A stretch of DNA of 64,000 nucleotides. Origin: Plasmodiophora brassicae (lineage: Eukaryota). Position numbers and translations under genes: made by a program. The stretch covers positions 248,001 through 312,000 of the forward strand of contig CP145425.1 of the NCBI GenBank assembly GCA_036867785.1. The letters are read 5' to 3'. Each line of letters opens with the position of its first letter. Position 1 is the first letter of the stretch. The notes below the pieces were generated by a model that ran no database searches, was not told where the DNA came from, and saw only the letters and a program-made list of their open reading frames with translations. Below are positions 48,328-61,511 of the stretch, one piece after another.

Positions 48328-50647
48328 TCATGAGCTTCTGTCCGTGTCGTTGGCCACCTCATTGGAAGCGAACGCGGTGCGAGCCTGGCGTTGCTCGCGG
48401 AGGAAGTTGACAACCTCCTGTCTAACGCTTGAGCTGTCAGCAGGAACCGTGTACTTGTCAGCTACTTCGCCCAGATCCATAGCTTGCCGTAAGGCAAAGT
48501 GCATCGGAGTAAGCGTCTCGATCGATTCCAGAGTAGCGAGAATCTCTTGGACAGACATAGCATCCGCACTGCCCAGTTCGAGGGCAGCGAAGATAGCAGC
48601 CGGGAATTTGGCGAAATGAGCCGTTGAGGACACGACAATCGGCGTGCTGTCGTCTTTCATCTGCTGTGCGGCGTGGACGCCCAAGGCAGTGTGTGGGTCA
48701 ACGAGAACGGCAGTATCGCGATGCGTTTCGCGAATGGTTCGCAGGCAGTCGTCTTCCGAGCAGCACATAGCCGAGACGTCATGACGCATCCGGACGGTCA
48801 TTGCAGGCGTTAGCTCGAAGCAGCCGTTGGACGCCAGGCTTTCGTAACAATACCGGATGAAGTCCGAATCGCCGTCGCTCAGATAATGCAGGAAACGTTC
48901 GACATTCGACGACAGCAGAATGTCGACAGATGGCGACTGCGTCCTTTGGAGGCGACGATGCCGAACGTCGTAAACGCCCGTTTTGACGAATGCCACGAGG
49001 ACGTCATTGATATTCGATGCGCAGATGATCCGACCCAGCGGCAGGCCAAGAACATGTTTGGCCACGATCATGCCAAGAATGTGGCCAAAGTTCCCCGTAG
49101 GCACTACCACGTCCACTGGCGACCCCATTGGTACTGTGCCACGCTGAACAAGGTCCAGGTACGAATTAGCGCCGTATGCGACCTGGGGCAACAGTCGGCC
49201 CCAGTTCATCGAGTTGCCAGCAGTCAATTGGAATGCGCGCCGGTCGAACGATGCATCTTCGAATATGTCTTTCGTAGCACTTTGGCAGAAGTCAAAGTCG
49301 CCATCAACGGCGACGGCCCGCGTATCGGCGGAAGCGAACTTGGCGGTCAGCATCTGGTGACGCTGAATACGGCTGACCCCCTTTGATGGATACAGGACGA
49401 CAACGGGAATGGAGACACGCGCGAACCCGTCCATAGCCGCGACACCTGTATCGCCGGACGTTGCCACAAGCAGGACGTTCTCGCGTGGAGTTTGCCTATC
49501 TGAAAACAGGCGTAAGAGTCAACAAAGTTTGATTCTACCCACAGCACCTACTCAGTGGGAAACGGGCGCTCGCCGTTGCCATCAGTCGAGGAGTCAATTG
49601 CAATGCCAGGTCCTACACAAACATCTCAGCCGCCGTGGCAGTCTGCGATACGCTCGGTACCTTGAACGATGCTGTTGGGCCGTGATACGTCTCTTGAACG
49701 TAAATCGAGTTCGTCAAATGTCGCAATGGAAGAACGTCGCCGTTGACCGCTTCGAACGAATTATACGCAACGTCTATCTCCTTCTTCAAATTCGACGGGT
49801 GCATACGGCCCAGCGGGAAGAACTCCATGACACGTTGCAGGCGCTCTCGAAAGTCAAGAGGCACCAGCCGGGACCATTGCGAGAGAGTCCATGGAGACAG
49901 GCACTGCTCAGGAACGTACAATCCGCGATCTGATGCGAGCCCTTGCTGAATGACGTCGGTGAACGTCATCGAACCCAATGGTACACCACCGCGTGTGCTG
50001 ACAAACGATTCTTGCTTGCTGCACGCTTCGACGACAAGGTCAGCAATGCGTTCCGGCGTATCACGAGCACTGACCAGCAAGCGAATATCGTAACAGCTGT
50101 CGTAATACGGCTGTCGATGGGCGAGAATCGACGCAATTGAGGCATTCTCCTATCGAATTCGACTCACGTCGGTTGCAAATCGCCACCCTCAGAGGACACG
50201 ACCGACCTTTTGGCCAACGATACGATCAACCTTCATCGTCCGTAATCTGGACGCGATCGCGTCAGCGGCGACGTCGAGGAAGACGACGATCCCGAATTTG
50301 GAGAGATGCTCCATGGCTGTCGGGTCGAGCGGGTTCGATCCCGTCAGCGCGACGACACTGTTGTCTGGGACCTGAAACTCGCACGTCGTTCGCGCTTCGG
50401 CTGCCAGGAACGCGGTATCACCGAGCGTCGCCAGCTGATCGGCCACCGACGCCTGCCACGACGGCTCCAGGACGTCGTCGTCCATGTCGACCAGGCGCCG
50501 GCCTAACCGCGACGCTACGATCCTGGCGACCGTCGTCTTGCCGCTCCCCGGCGGGCCCGCCAGGATGATCGCCCGATGCCGCCCCGTCAGGCCCGCCAGC
50601 GTCAACCCACTCGACCATCTTCGATTGAGAAATAACCGGCCCAACAT
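48328..50647 (-). CDS. THNSL1: Threonine synthase-like 1 (shikimate-kinase-like domain fused to a PLP threonine synthase domain)
   Basis: Presequence-like MLGRLFLNRRWSS. P-loop ILAGPPGSGKTT. QGLASDRGLYVP, YHGPTASFK, ATSGDTG, NSMNWGRLLPQ, VPTGNFG, DPHTA, STAHFAKF. Confidence 0.92.
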
Positions 50648-50689
50648 GCCCCCGTCGACCCACTTTGCTTTGTTGCAGCCTGTGCCACG

Positions 50690-53500
50690 CGCCCACGCCC
50701 ATCATCCGGATGCGGCACGTTTTGGAGACACACGGGGGGTGTCGTCTTTTCTCAACGCGACAGGTACGGTTACTGGAGCAGTTGGAGAATCATTTGCCCA
50801 GTTCTTCCTGGATAAGCTGGAATATAATTTTATCATTTGGCCGACCTCTACGGCCGGGGACATTCGTTGCGACTAATACACCTCGCCAGCGCCGATGTAA
50901 TAACCTCTCTGAAGCTGCTGTTAGAGATGGCTGGTCTGAACCTGCATGTCGAACGCAACGCAGGCGCCGCGCCACCACCCTGCAGAGCCTTGGAGCCGGC
51001 ACATGTAAGAGGAACGGTCGTCGTGTGTTTCGTTTCTGGGCACGGATATCACTGTACTGACTCCGCTGTAACCGGTACGTCCAGCTCAAGACAACGACGA
51101 TGGGCCGTGAGCAGTGCCAGTCCTCATCACGCGAAATTACGGTTAGCAGCATTGGCCGCCGTTTGCAGACCCCGACATCGAGGGCGAAGCGCACCAAGTG
51201 TTCTGGTGCAAAGGCGCGTTCTGATCGGTGTTCTTGTCATACTCAGAGTCATCGATGCAGTACGCATGTGTTTATGCCAGCATCTTATGTTAGTCCTCAT
51301 CAGCAAGCGGACTTCACTCTGCATCATCGCTTACTGCGGTCACGACAAACTGACTGCATGCCGCTGAGCTAGCTCAGTTTGTCCGACACACTTAGCTACA
51401 TAGTATACATCTTAGAGGGAGCAGGCGCTCGAACTCCCGTCGGTGAGATGTTTTGTAGACCGGACCCGCTGCTCTCGTGGCCTCGGTGGGCGGTCCGGTC
51501 TACAAGGTTGAGATGCGAACTGACAAAGTCGTCGACCTCTGGACACCCGTATGTTTCCTCTCGCGCCCTTCCAACTCTTCCCGGTCATGCATGTTAGATG
51601 CCAACCTCCGTATTTATCACGGAACATTCCAGGTTCCCTGGAATGGTCCTGATGTCATGCAAACGGTATTACTTAGTTCGGCTACCGGATCGGGGAATAA
51701 ACAGAGTTCATTTCCGCCGAACTCACGTGAGTTCGTTCGCTCCCAAGAATTTTTGGGTGCCTTCAGCCAGACGCGCCCTTAGTGAAATCAGCAAACCTGA
51801 CCAAGTTGCGCTACATTCTTCGCAATGTGAGAAGATCGGTGGCAGCTACGCCAATGAAAACTGTCGAGCTGCCTCTGATTTTTAATGCTCTTTCCAAAGG
51901 CACCCTTCTTCATAACTCCAGGTGGCTCGATCTCGTAAACAACACCTCGTAGCTAGCTCACGTGGAGACAGGCGAACGACACTTCCTTGTCTCGCGACGT
52001 GATAACGATCAGAACTCCAACTTCGATCGTATCGACTTCTCCATGATGCAGGGGCACTTGGTTAACGAAAATGCAGGCTGTAGAATCGTAACGTTACTAC
52101 CTCAGGTAACTGCTCCTCGTAATGGCTCGTATAACTAAAACGACACACATACAGTCGTCTTCGCGGGACGTTCTGACAATCGTCCACATCCCGTCCATTT
52201 GCTCCTTGTGTATATATGCGACGGGCCCGTGCCGACCGTTGGCGGCGAGGCGCAGAACGTGCCCTGCATTACCATTGGTCAGTACGTATATAACGATTAG
52301 AGCACGTGTACACAACCGTCGTCAGGCGAACGCGTGACAACACCGTCGACGGCATCGTGGGTAGACGCCCATTCGATGGTGAGGGAAGACGTCGGGGCGT
52401 CAGCGCAGTCCAGGTAGGCCAGGTTGCCGTCGCGACGCAGGACGAAGCCGCCCACATGCAAACACTGCATGCTGGCGGACGCGCGCCGGCTCACCGATTG
52501 TACTGTATGACGCAAGGTGCGCGGGCGGCGGCGACGTCACGCTGCTGCCAATGCACATGGCTCCTGGCTCCGACGTGGCTACAGTCTGGAACAAAAGAAT
52601 GGGCCCTGGGCACAAAAATCGGGCCCTGCTTCCTGCACTCGCCTGACTGTGCTGCCCTCACGTGCCGGCCACAACCTGCCAACGCAGTACGCATTCGGCA
52701 GTCCGCTCGTGGGCCCCGTCTCCGAATCCACTGCAGGCTGGCCCCAAAACGGACACTGCGTCCTGCGGCGTCGAACTGCGCTGTCTTGTACAGCACAATG
52801 TGCCACGGCTGGCGGCAGGTTGTGGTCCGCGTCGTCGAGGCGCGCCCTACCAGATCGTATCAATCTATATGCGACAACCTCCTGGTTTCGCTACCCAGCG
52901 ACAGGAGCACAAAGTATGCGAACTACTAAAGTCCCTCTGCGGTTTAAAGCAGGCAAGCCGCTTATGGCACCTCACGTTCCATGAATTTCTTGTGGAATGT
53001 GGCGTGTCTCAGTTGCACACCGACCATTGCCTTTATGTTCTCAAACTAGACAACGGCAAGCTATTCTTTGTACTAGTCTACGTTGACGACTTGATCGTCG
53101 CAAACAACACGACTCTTGCAACGTTTCACAGTAAAACACGTCGGTCCATTGACCTGTTTCCTGAACGTGGAGGTTATCAAAGACCGCCCCAATCGAAAGA
53201 TATGGCTCAGGCAACGTCAGTACATAACTGACATGGTGAACGAATTCCGCATGTTCGATCGCAACCCTCATTGCCTATGTGCAATCACTGAGGAGGAACG
53301 AGGAACCATGAATCACTTCCCTTACCGGAAGCCACCGGAAGCCTAATCTATCACGCAACCAGAACACGACCAGATATCGCCTATGCAGTTCAGCAGGTCG
53401 CCCGGTTCTGCGATAACCCAGGCACCGCACACCGGGACGCCTTACTCGGTGTTCAAAACTTACCGCGCTCGCATTTGAACAGCGGTTACATTTGTACTCA
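50690..53500 (+). mobile_element. Ty1/Copia retrotransposon remnant (RT core about 52840-53470; upstream extent tentative)
   Basis: KVCELLKSLCGLKQASRLW..DHCLY..VLVYVDDLIV and TRPDIAYAVQQVARF. Faint integrase-like VETGE..RRDN near 51960. Confidence 0.8.
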
Positions 53501-53768
53501 ATTGGTGTCGTCATCGAGCGCAACAGTACTGCCTAGGAACAACGTGCTTCTCGAACCCCCCCCCCCCTCCCAGGGTCGATTACGGTGCGCCTCATATCAT
53601 TCTGGGCGCCTGCTAATCGCCACTTGATCGATCTCCATAGCGAGTTCGTTATCCAGCCAACCTTGCTCATACTGACTGAAAGCTCACGCTTTAAGACACA
53701 CTGTGATGTATTTCTTGATAAAGGCGAATGTAAATCGCTCACTCGTCATCCGGTGCTACTGGCAGTTT

Positions 53769-55043
53769 TCAGCTGGAAATCAGTTTGGCAACGAAATGCG
53801 CAATAGCAACATGGCCACGCTCCGCCATGTCCGGGAAGAAGGGCGGCATCATCGGCGTGATGTGCGGAGCTTTCGGTTCGACGAATACGTCGAGAGAAAG
53901 CGCCGGGCGCGCCTTCTTCGCCGCCTCGATGAATCGTTCGATATCGGAAGCGAACGATTCCCTGCCGCCGTAGTGGATAAACATGGGGCAGAACCCGGAC
54001 AGGTCAGCGAACACTGGGGACAGCAACGGGTCCTTGACGTCGGCACCATCAGGAAGGAACCACTGCGTCATACGTTTCAACGTGTGGATACTTGTGAAAT
54101 CGTAGGCGTGATTCGCTTCGTGTGATGTGGGCGGGATCACGATGTCCACCCAAGGCGAGATCAGGATCGCGGCCGAAACGCGATTCTTCAACTCTTTCGC
54201 CTTGTCTACAGCATGGATGAGATAGAGTTTTAGCCATGGCAGCTTATCGGAAGGACTTTTCTTTAGAGTTTGCAGGACAGCAAGGACGAGGTTTCCTCCT
54301 GCAGAATCGCCCATCAAAATAATCGGCCGATTTGGATACTCCTTGGCGACGTAATCAATGGCAGCAATAGCTTCGTTGAGCTGTGTCGGGTACTTGCAAC
54401 AGGAACGATTAGTAACAACTATCTAGGAGATCACATCACGAGAGACATACCTTCGATTCCGGAGCCAGAGAGTACTCCAACGAGAAGATCCGCATGTTTA
54501 TGTTGTGGATCTTCTTCAGCGCCTTCCTTATCCCTGACAGACCAGTGACGTATGTCAGTGCCGAACAGGTCGAGTAGCCACCCCCTATGCGTCTGAGTCA
54601 TGATAACGAAGAATGTGAAACGGCGGCTAAGCAAACCGTGAAAATAGACGATGACAGGTTCGTTCGATCCGTCATGACCGCTCTCGTATTCATCGCCAAT
54701 CCAAACGCCCCGAATGCCATCATCCTCAACGGGCGTTAGCTTATCCGGAACCGACATGGACACGAGCTTGGACGTGGCAGCTTCGAACGCGCGCGCACCC
54801 TCCAGGCTATTCTCGATGGAATATCGAATGAAACGAACCCCGATCTCTGTGCGAATGCTCGATTCTGGCACGATTGGCTGCCGCAATTGCCATGAGTCTC
54901 ACGGCGTCACCATCGCTCACCAGCCCACTGACCTCATAGCCAAGCAGGCGCCGAACTGGCGTGACTGTCCACAGGTAGACCAGGAATGCCAAGCAATGCA
55001 GAAGTGATCGCCGGGGAGCTGGCACGTCGGGCACCTCCACCAT
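53769..55043 (-). CDS. Alpha/beta hydrolase, HSL-family esterase/lipase
   Basis: VIVYFHG|GGY, MGDSAGGNL, ILISPWVD, DPLLSP. Confidence 0.9.
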
Positions 55044-55401
55044 GACGCTGCACCGGCGACACGCCGGCTACACTGGCGATTCGGCGTCCCGCAACGACAA
55101 ATGAGAGTTGTCCGCTTGGACACGCGCCAAATTGGGCAACAGACCGCACCGTGCGCCCCTGAAAAAGCACCCCTATTGTTGCCCAAGCCTTCGTGAGGAG
55201 GCAGCAGATCACGTCCCAGCGAGTGGAGGCAGTGCTCCTGACCAGATCGATACGATAGAGCGACATATATGAATGCGGTTTACGTCATGCTATCGCGTGT
55301 GCAGGAAAAACCATGTGTCGGCGTGGCAAGGTTTGAGAACGTCAGAGGCAACGGGTTTTATAATTATTCGAGTAGAACCCAAACCATTACGAAACCCGTT
55401 G

Positions 55402-56411
55402 TCACCGGTCGTAATCGTGGTCGTGATCTGAGACGCAAAGTCAAGATTGAACAGGGCTGATGATATAAGTCACACGAATATCCTACCATCGTCCTGGTCG
55501 TGGTGATGATGATGGTCATCGTCTGTGATCGCACAGTTAGGAATCAGCATGACAAGAACGTTCACGACAATCGTACTGTGGTGATGATCATGGTCGTCGT
55601 CGCCGTGGTGGTGGTGATCTGGACGATGGCTCAGATGCGATGAGTACAGTAGCAAGGTTGGCCTATACCTTCGTGCCCGTGGTCGTGGTCCTTGTCGTGA
55701 CCTCTGTGATGGCCACGTTCGTCATGGTGACCCGAGTCGTGATCACCATGAGAGCTGGCCCACGTGTGATCACTGGCATCTGACGCAAGGAAGCAGTTAG
55801 GGCAATCACTCGTCAACTCAGGCGTGAGGGCGCAGCAGTTACCCTGATCCGCTTCAGTGGTTACTGAAGAATGGAAATCCCAGCCAGTGCTCATCGGCGT
55901 TGCATGCATATCGAAATGTGCATCTTGCTCCACGTCGTTGTGAGCATGCTGATCGGTATCCTTGCCGTTTTCCACCATGTGGTCGACGTCATCGTGGTGA
56001 TCTCGATCGTCGTGATGCTCGTCGTCTGGCGGACTAAATCAGCTCCTGGTGGAGGCATTCGTGACGACATTGTGTTACCGTGATGGTCATGGTCGTCGTG
56101 ATGGTGGTCGTGCCCGTCATCCTAACCGCAAAGATGAACATCAGAATGCGGAATCGCGAACATACTGGCGCAAGCATCAGTACGTGGTCATGGTGTTGCC
56201 CATGATCATGGCCATCGTCGTGTCCATCATCTACCAATGCGCATGTTAGACCGCGTCGGAATAGTTCCACAACTGTATGCCGACCGTGCCCATGATCATC
56301 ATGGTCATCGTGGTCGTGGCCTTCGGAATGCCCCGATACCGTTGCGAATAGCAGGAGGGCTACCAGCCCAACCGCAACCGCTACCCGACGATGACCGGCG
56401 GTGATGAACAT
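55402..56411 (-). CDS. Secreted His/Asp-rich protein, 8 short exons
   Basis: Signal-like MFITAGHRRVAVAVGLVALLLFATVSG. Seven GT-AG introns join in frame the His/Asp exons (HDHDDHDDHGH, DDGHDHHHDDHDHH, DHHHHGDDDHDHHH, DDHHHHHDQDD), ending DHDHDYDR*. Confidence 0.85.
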
Positions 56412-56743
56412 CTCGAACGAGATTTTCGAATGTGCCTGACCCATCGCCGCCCACGCTGACTCACGAAGGCGCCCCCACTTCAGCGCAGGTTGCATTGAAT
56501 CAACTGCCCGTGACTCAACCGAATCTTCAGCAGGCACGCCATCAACCTGCCGCTGCCCGGAATTTGACACCATGGCGCTGGCAATGATCGGGATCGGGAG
56601 ACTTACTGTCCTGGATGATCTAATACTTCAAAGGTAGGCTGTCCGCTGTCGTGACGTGATCGTTTTGTCGTCACTGTGCCTGCGGTGGACATGCTTTTTT
56701 TGTGCCAGTTGGACTCGGCCAGACTGGCCAGACGACAACCCGA

Positions 56744-59700
56744 ATGGGGCTGTGGCGGTCATCTCGGGTGACCCGCGTTCAGCTGGCCGTCGATGAGGCG
56801 TCGGCGTCGACGACGTTGGCGGCGCTGGACGGCCTGGTCCACCTGATCGATTTGAACCGGGGTGAGGTTGTCGTGCCGGAGTTTGCGATGGGTTGGAAGC
56901 GCAGGGCGATGGCCTGCGGTGGGCTGATGGCCCGGCTGGACGCGATCGGGAAGCTCATGGTAGATTACGATGTTGTACTTCCGGACCTACTTCATCATGA
57001 TGATGCTATGGCGACGATCGAGACCTGCGACTCGATCCAGACGAAGTTGCTCGCTGTTGAAACCGATCTGAAACATCATACCGACGTGCTCGTTCACCTT
57101 GAGAGCGATATTGAGCGATTGCTCGAACGGGTCTCCGTCCTGGCCTTGTGCCAGGCCATTGACCAGAACGAACGCACTGCCGACCTGGTTGACATCCGTC
57201 AGCATAGCGGCGAATCAGGCGGAACGCTCAGGTAACGCCTTGGCTCAGTTGAACATACGCTGTGCTGACGAGCACGTCTGCACAGTCGTGTTTGCGGCTG
57301 CATTACGCAAGCCGATCGTGCGCATCTGGAACGGATGATCTTCCGAGCGTCTCGAGGCAACGCGCATGCTCTGTTTGACCTGGACCGCCCCGTTCAGACT
57401 GAAAATTTGTTGGAAAACATGGTTGGGGCCTCTATCTGTCGGCGCTACCTCGCGTGATAATACTACTGCTATAGAATGGACGGTCGAAGCGGCAGCCACA
57501 AAGCAGACGCGTCGCATTCTGCGTATTTGTCGTTGGTCGACTTATGGAGCTGAAGGTCCGTCACTTGGTCTCCCTGGTGGGCGCTCTCCACGAGTATGTC
57601 TATCGTATTCTGGGACGATGTGTTGCCCGTTTATCAACCATGTAATCTCAGAGTCCCGAATCCAGAGTCGTGGTCCAGTGAAATTCAGGAAGTTATCGAC
57701 GAAATCCGCGATGCAGTGGAAGTCGTCCGTGCAACCCGGAACCATATCACGACACTGCTCGAAACTGTTGCCGACAGTTCGTTCCAGTCATGGCGCGCGT
57801 CCCTTCGCCGTGAACTGGCTATTAGTCAAGCAATGCAAAGATGTCGTACTTTGAACCACAGCAATTCCAAAACCATACGAATCGAGGGTTGGGTGTTTGA
57901 CATCGACCTCGTTCGGTCGTCGTTAAGCCGAACGGCCCACGATTTGGGTAGGCCCAATATGTTTCTATGCGCTCCGCCCGGTTCCCATGGTTTCAATATG
58001 TTTAGGCATTCCACCTGCGGCACTCCACGTTTTGAACCATTCTGGTGACGATATCATTCCTCCAACGCACTTCCACCTGAACGAGTTCACCTCCATCTTC
58101 CAGAAAATGATTAACACGTACGGTGTCCCTCGTTACCAAGAGGTGACTTCTTGTTGGTCCACATGTTCTCACTCCTCAGTACTCACTGGAACGTTCAGGT
58201 GAACCCTGCTGTATTCACTATAGTCACATTCCCTTTTATGTTTGGTGCAACGAAGTTGAATGTGTCCCATATAACGTTGATCCTAATTATGTCCGATCGT
58301 GTAGGTCAAATGTTCGGCGACGTTGGTCACGGATCTATTATCTTCCTATGTGGCCTCTACCTGGTTTTCCGAGGCCGATCTCTGCCACCCCAGTAGGTTT
58401 CATGATACTCTAGATAGCAGGCACGGCCGCTGAATTTCATGAACGTTCAGGTATGCTGATTTGTACAAGGCTCGATATTTGATTGCAATGATGGGTTTCT
58501 TTGCAATCTATTTCGGTCAGATGCCGTTGGCTATTAGAACATGTTCCCATCATTGACAGCGCTTTAGGCTTAATTTACAATGACATGCTTGGGTTCGGCG
58601 TGCCGCTGTTCGAGTCCGGTTGGTCGTCGGGGCCTGATGGATTGAAACATGGTTCGGTTTATCCGTTTGGGATTGACCCGGCATGGCATGGTTCCGACAA
58701 CGAGCTGCAACTGATGAACTCGATCAAGATGAAAATATCGATAGTGACCGGAATCATCCACATGACCGTTGGTATCTGTCTCTCCGCTGTCAATCATAAG
58801 ACAGTAAGTTTGGAACGCGCAATTGCAACAAATGTGTTGAACCATGTTTCGACAGTTCCAAGACCGGGACGCGCTACTGTGCGAGTTCATTCCACAGATG
58901 CTGTTCCTCTGGGCAACGTTCGGCTACATGGCATTTCTTATCATATTCAAGGTTTGGCGTTTGGCTATGTCCTCCCGCACTTGACTAATGGTGTCAGTAG
59001 GCCTGTTATTCTTGGGATGGCCTCGTTGCCCCATCGATCATTCAGACAACGATCAACCTGTTTGTTGGATCTCCGTACGATCCCATGTTTCGGTATCAAA
59101 GTGTGCTGCACGTGTTTCTACGACTAGTCGCATTTATTTCTGTTCCGGTCATGCTCTTTGGGAAGCCGTACCTGAGGTGGGCCGAGTGTTTCTCGTTTTC
59201 CTCCAGCGCGCCACTGACCGCCCCCTATTCAAAGGTGGCGCAGGCTTAAAACAGCCACTGTTGCCTACCGTCAAGTCGATATGGGCGACCTCGATATTGA
59301 AGTTGAGCTCCAGCCGCTGGCATCGAGCCAGGTGTCGCCTCCAGTAGCATCAAGTTATAGCACAACAGTTGAATCTGCTGATGCTGTCAGCCCGAAACCA
59401 ACGCGTCGGGACCGTGCGGATGAGGTTCGGGTCCCGGTTCCTTACTTCACTGTGCCCTATAATAATATTCGCGCTAGGCCATCGCTGAATCCCTTCTGCA
59501 TCAAGCCATCCACACAATCGAATTCGTGCTAGGCGCTGTTTCCAACACGGCCTCATATCTCAGATTGTGGGCTCTATCGCTCGCTCACGCTCGTACGTCC
59601 GGGGCATAATCCTAGAAACTGGATATGGCTAAAACGTTTCGCAGAGCTCTCTTTGGTCTTTCTGGAGCACATCCTAATTCCCTCGTGGAGCAGCTCTAGC

Positions 59701-59895
59701 GTGATCGTTAACGCCACCGGGTTCTGTATCTGGCTGGGCTCAACGCTTGGTATCCTTTGTGGAATGGACTGCCTGGAATGCTTATTGCATGCTCTACGCC
59801 TACACTGGGTTGAGTTCCAGAGCAAGTTCTTCAAGGCAGACGGTGTTGAATTCGAAGCCTTCTCACTCTCTGCCGACTGGACACGTACGGAATAG
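56744..59895 (+). CDS. V-type H+-ATPase V0 subunit a
   Basis: [99 protein letters not shown]. Confidence 0.95.
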
Positions 59896-59991
59896 CGAGG
59901 AATTTATTAATTTATCGCAATAACTATTCTATTGGCTCTGGAATCACATGGCGGTCAGTCGTTCGGACTGTTTGTCAGTGTCCGATTCGTG

Positions 59992-60640
59992 ATGCTGCGA
60001 CTAGTGTCTCGTTGCCGTTCTCGGTTTGCTACGTTTGCGACTAAGGTGCCGACGCCACCAACCCAGGAAAAGGCTGGACAGAAAATCGTTCTTCCCGCAG
60101 TGCCCGTTGAAGAACATGTGCCTGATCAGGCACCTGCATCGACCGAACGTTTCCGTCGCAACTCGTTTGACATCATGTCGGGAGCCCAGATAGCGGAAGT
60201 TGAAAGGAGCGTGCCGGGGCGGCCCCGTGTCAGTCTTAAGGGCGGGTTCAAACGAATTGCAGTCGCGTCGCTCAGCTCCGTCGAGGTTACTATAGTGCAA
60301 TTGCAGACGCTTGCATCTGACAGTCCCTCAGTTTTACCCAATGATGCTGTTGTTAACCTCTATTACCACGGGAATGGTTGTGTTCATGATCCAGAACTTG
60401 CTTTGGAACCCGGACGTCAAGATCAGCGCGAAGAGGTCAGTGGGCTTGGGTACTGGATTATGGCTATATTTGCTAAGTCGTATTGCTAACAGGCGATCGG
60501 ACTTCATGCCTCAGGAAGGTGATGAAGAATTTGGACGCTGGTACATGAACAGGCCCCACAGAGTGTATCTAGCCGCTAAAGCCAAGGAGTACATGAGGCG
60601 CAGGGGCCACATTGTTCCTGGGGAACCACGTCAAGTGTAG
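59992..60640 (+). CDS. NDUFA4/B12D (COXFA4)-like protein A, with a long N-terminal extension
   Basis: Introns 60286-60331 and 60436-60492. Core SSVE|FYPMMLLLTSITTGMVVFMIQNLLWNPDVKISAKRR..EEFGRWYMNRPHR fits the E..P(TM)L..NPDV.I...R..G..Y...R family pattern. Confidence 0.75.
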
Positions 60641-60789
60641 GCGAGGCTGTTCCGTTGAGTTTCGCAAGGTTGGCCTCGCAACATGCAGTCGACGGCATGG
60701 TCCAACGAAGCGCGTGTGTTATTTTGATAAAATTAAAAGAGTATCGGTCAGCGCCGGCCACGTGTTCCATCGATCGCGCCGATGATTTT

Positions 60790-61049
60790 TCAATACTGAG
60801 GTTTGCGATCCCAAATGGGCGCCTTCTGCTGTTGCATCTTGTCGTAGAAAACGCGTGTCTCCTGCGTCCACCTCCACTGCGCTGTGTAATAACTGCCCGA
60901 GACATCACCAACTTAGCCAGCATCCAGGATATATGTTCGTCGCGTCCTCACATGCTGGACAGCGCCATGCCTATGCCTAGGCCAATGCCCATGTTCCACA
61001 GCAGACTGCCTCGGATCCTTTCACGTGCCCAAGCAGCCAGCAACGCCAT
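60790..61049 (-). CDS. Cytochrome c oxidase subunit COX6C/Cox9/plant COX5C-like, paralog A (66 aa)
   Basis: Intron 60893-60951. Spliced: MALLAAWARERIRGSLLWNMGIGLGIGMALSSIYYTAQWRWTQETRVFYDKMQQQKAPIWDRKPQY. Confidence 0.72.
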
Positions 61050-61267
61050 TGTTGGAATACTGCCTCCGATCCGAATCCGAACCGACTTCGGAATTTCGCA
61101 GAGGCCAGCCCGGCTGGCTGGAGGCACGCGTAGAGCAGTTTCACTTGTGAAACGCGTGCAAAAAACTTGGAAATGCGGGGACCACCTCCCAGTCCCACGT
61201 TTTAGCGTCACAGAAGTTCAGGGTTGAGCGTGGCAGCGGTTCGGCCGTGTCGGCGGGAGTGATCAAG

Positions 61268-61511
61268 ATGAGCCTGAAGCACAGCGTGATATTCCAGGGC
61301 TTTGTCGGTATGTGCATCGGGACGGGGTTCGGCCTGTGGTAGGAAGCGGCCGCGCTGCTTGTGTCGCCCCTGCCCGGCGCTGAACCGATGGCGCAGGTGG
61401 AAGATGCGTCAGTGGGAAGCCATTAAGACGTCCCGCACGTACTACCAGAACCTGCAGAAGAAGCTGGTCGAGAATGGCGACCTGCCTGCCGATTTCTTCC
61501 ACAAACACTGA
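61268..61511 (+). CDS. Cytochrome c oxidase subunit COX6C/Cox9/plant COX5C-like, paralog B (61 aa)
   Basis: Intron 61339-61396. Spliced: MSLKHSVIFQGFVGMCIGTGFGLWWKMRQWEAIKTSRTYYQNLQKKLVENGDLPADFFHKH. Resembles plant COX5C SV.....G...G...G..WKM..W....R.FY..L. Confidence 0.8.
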
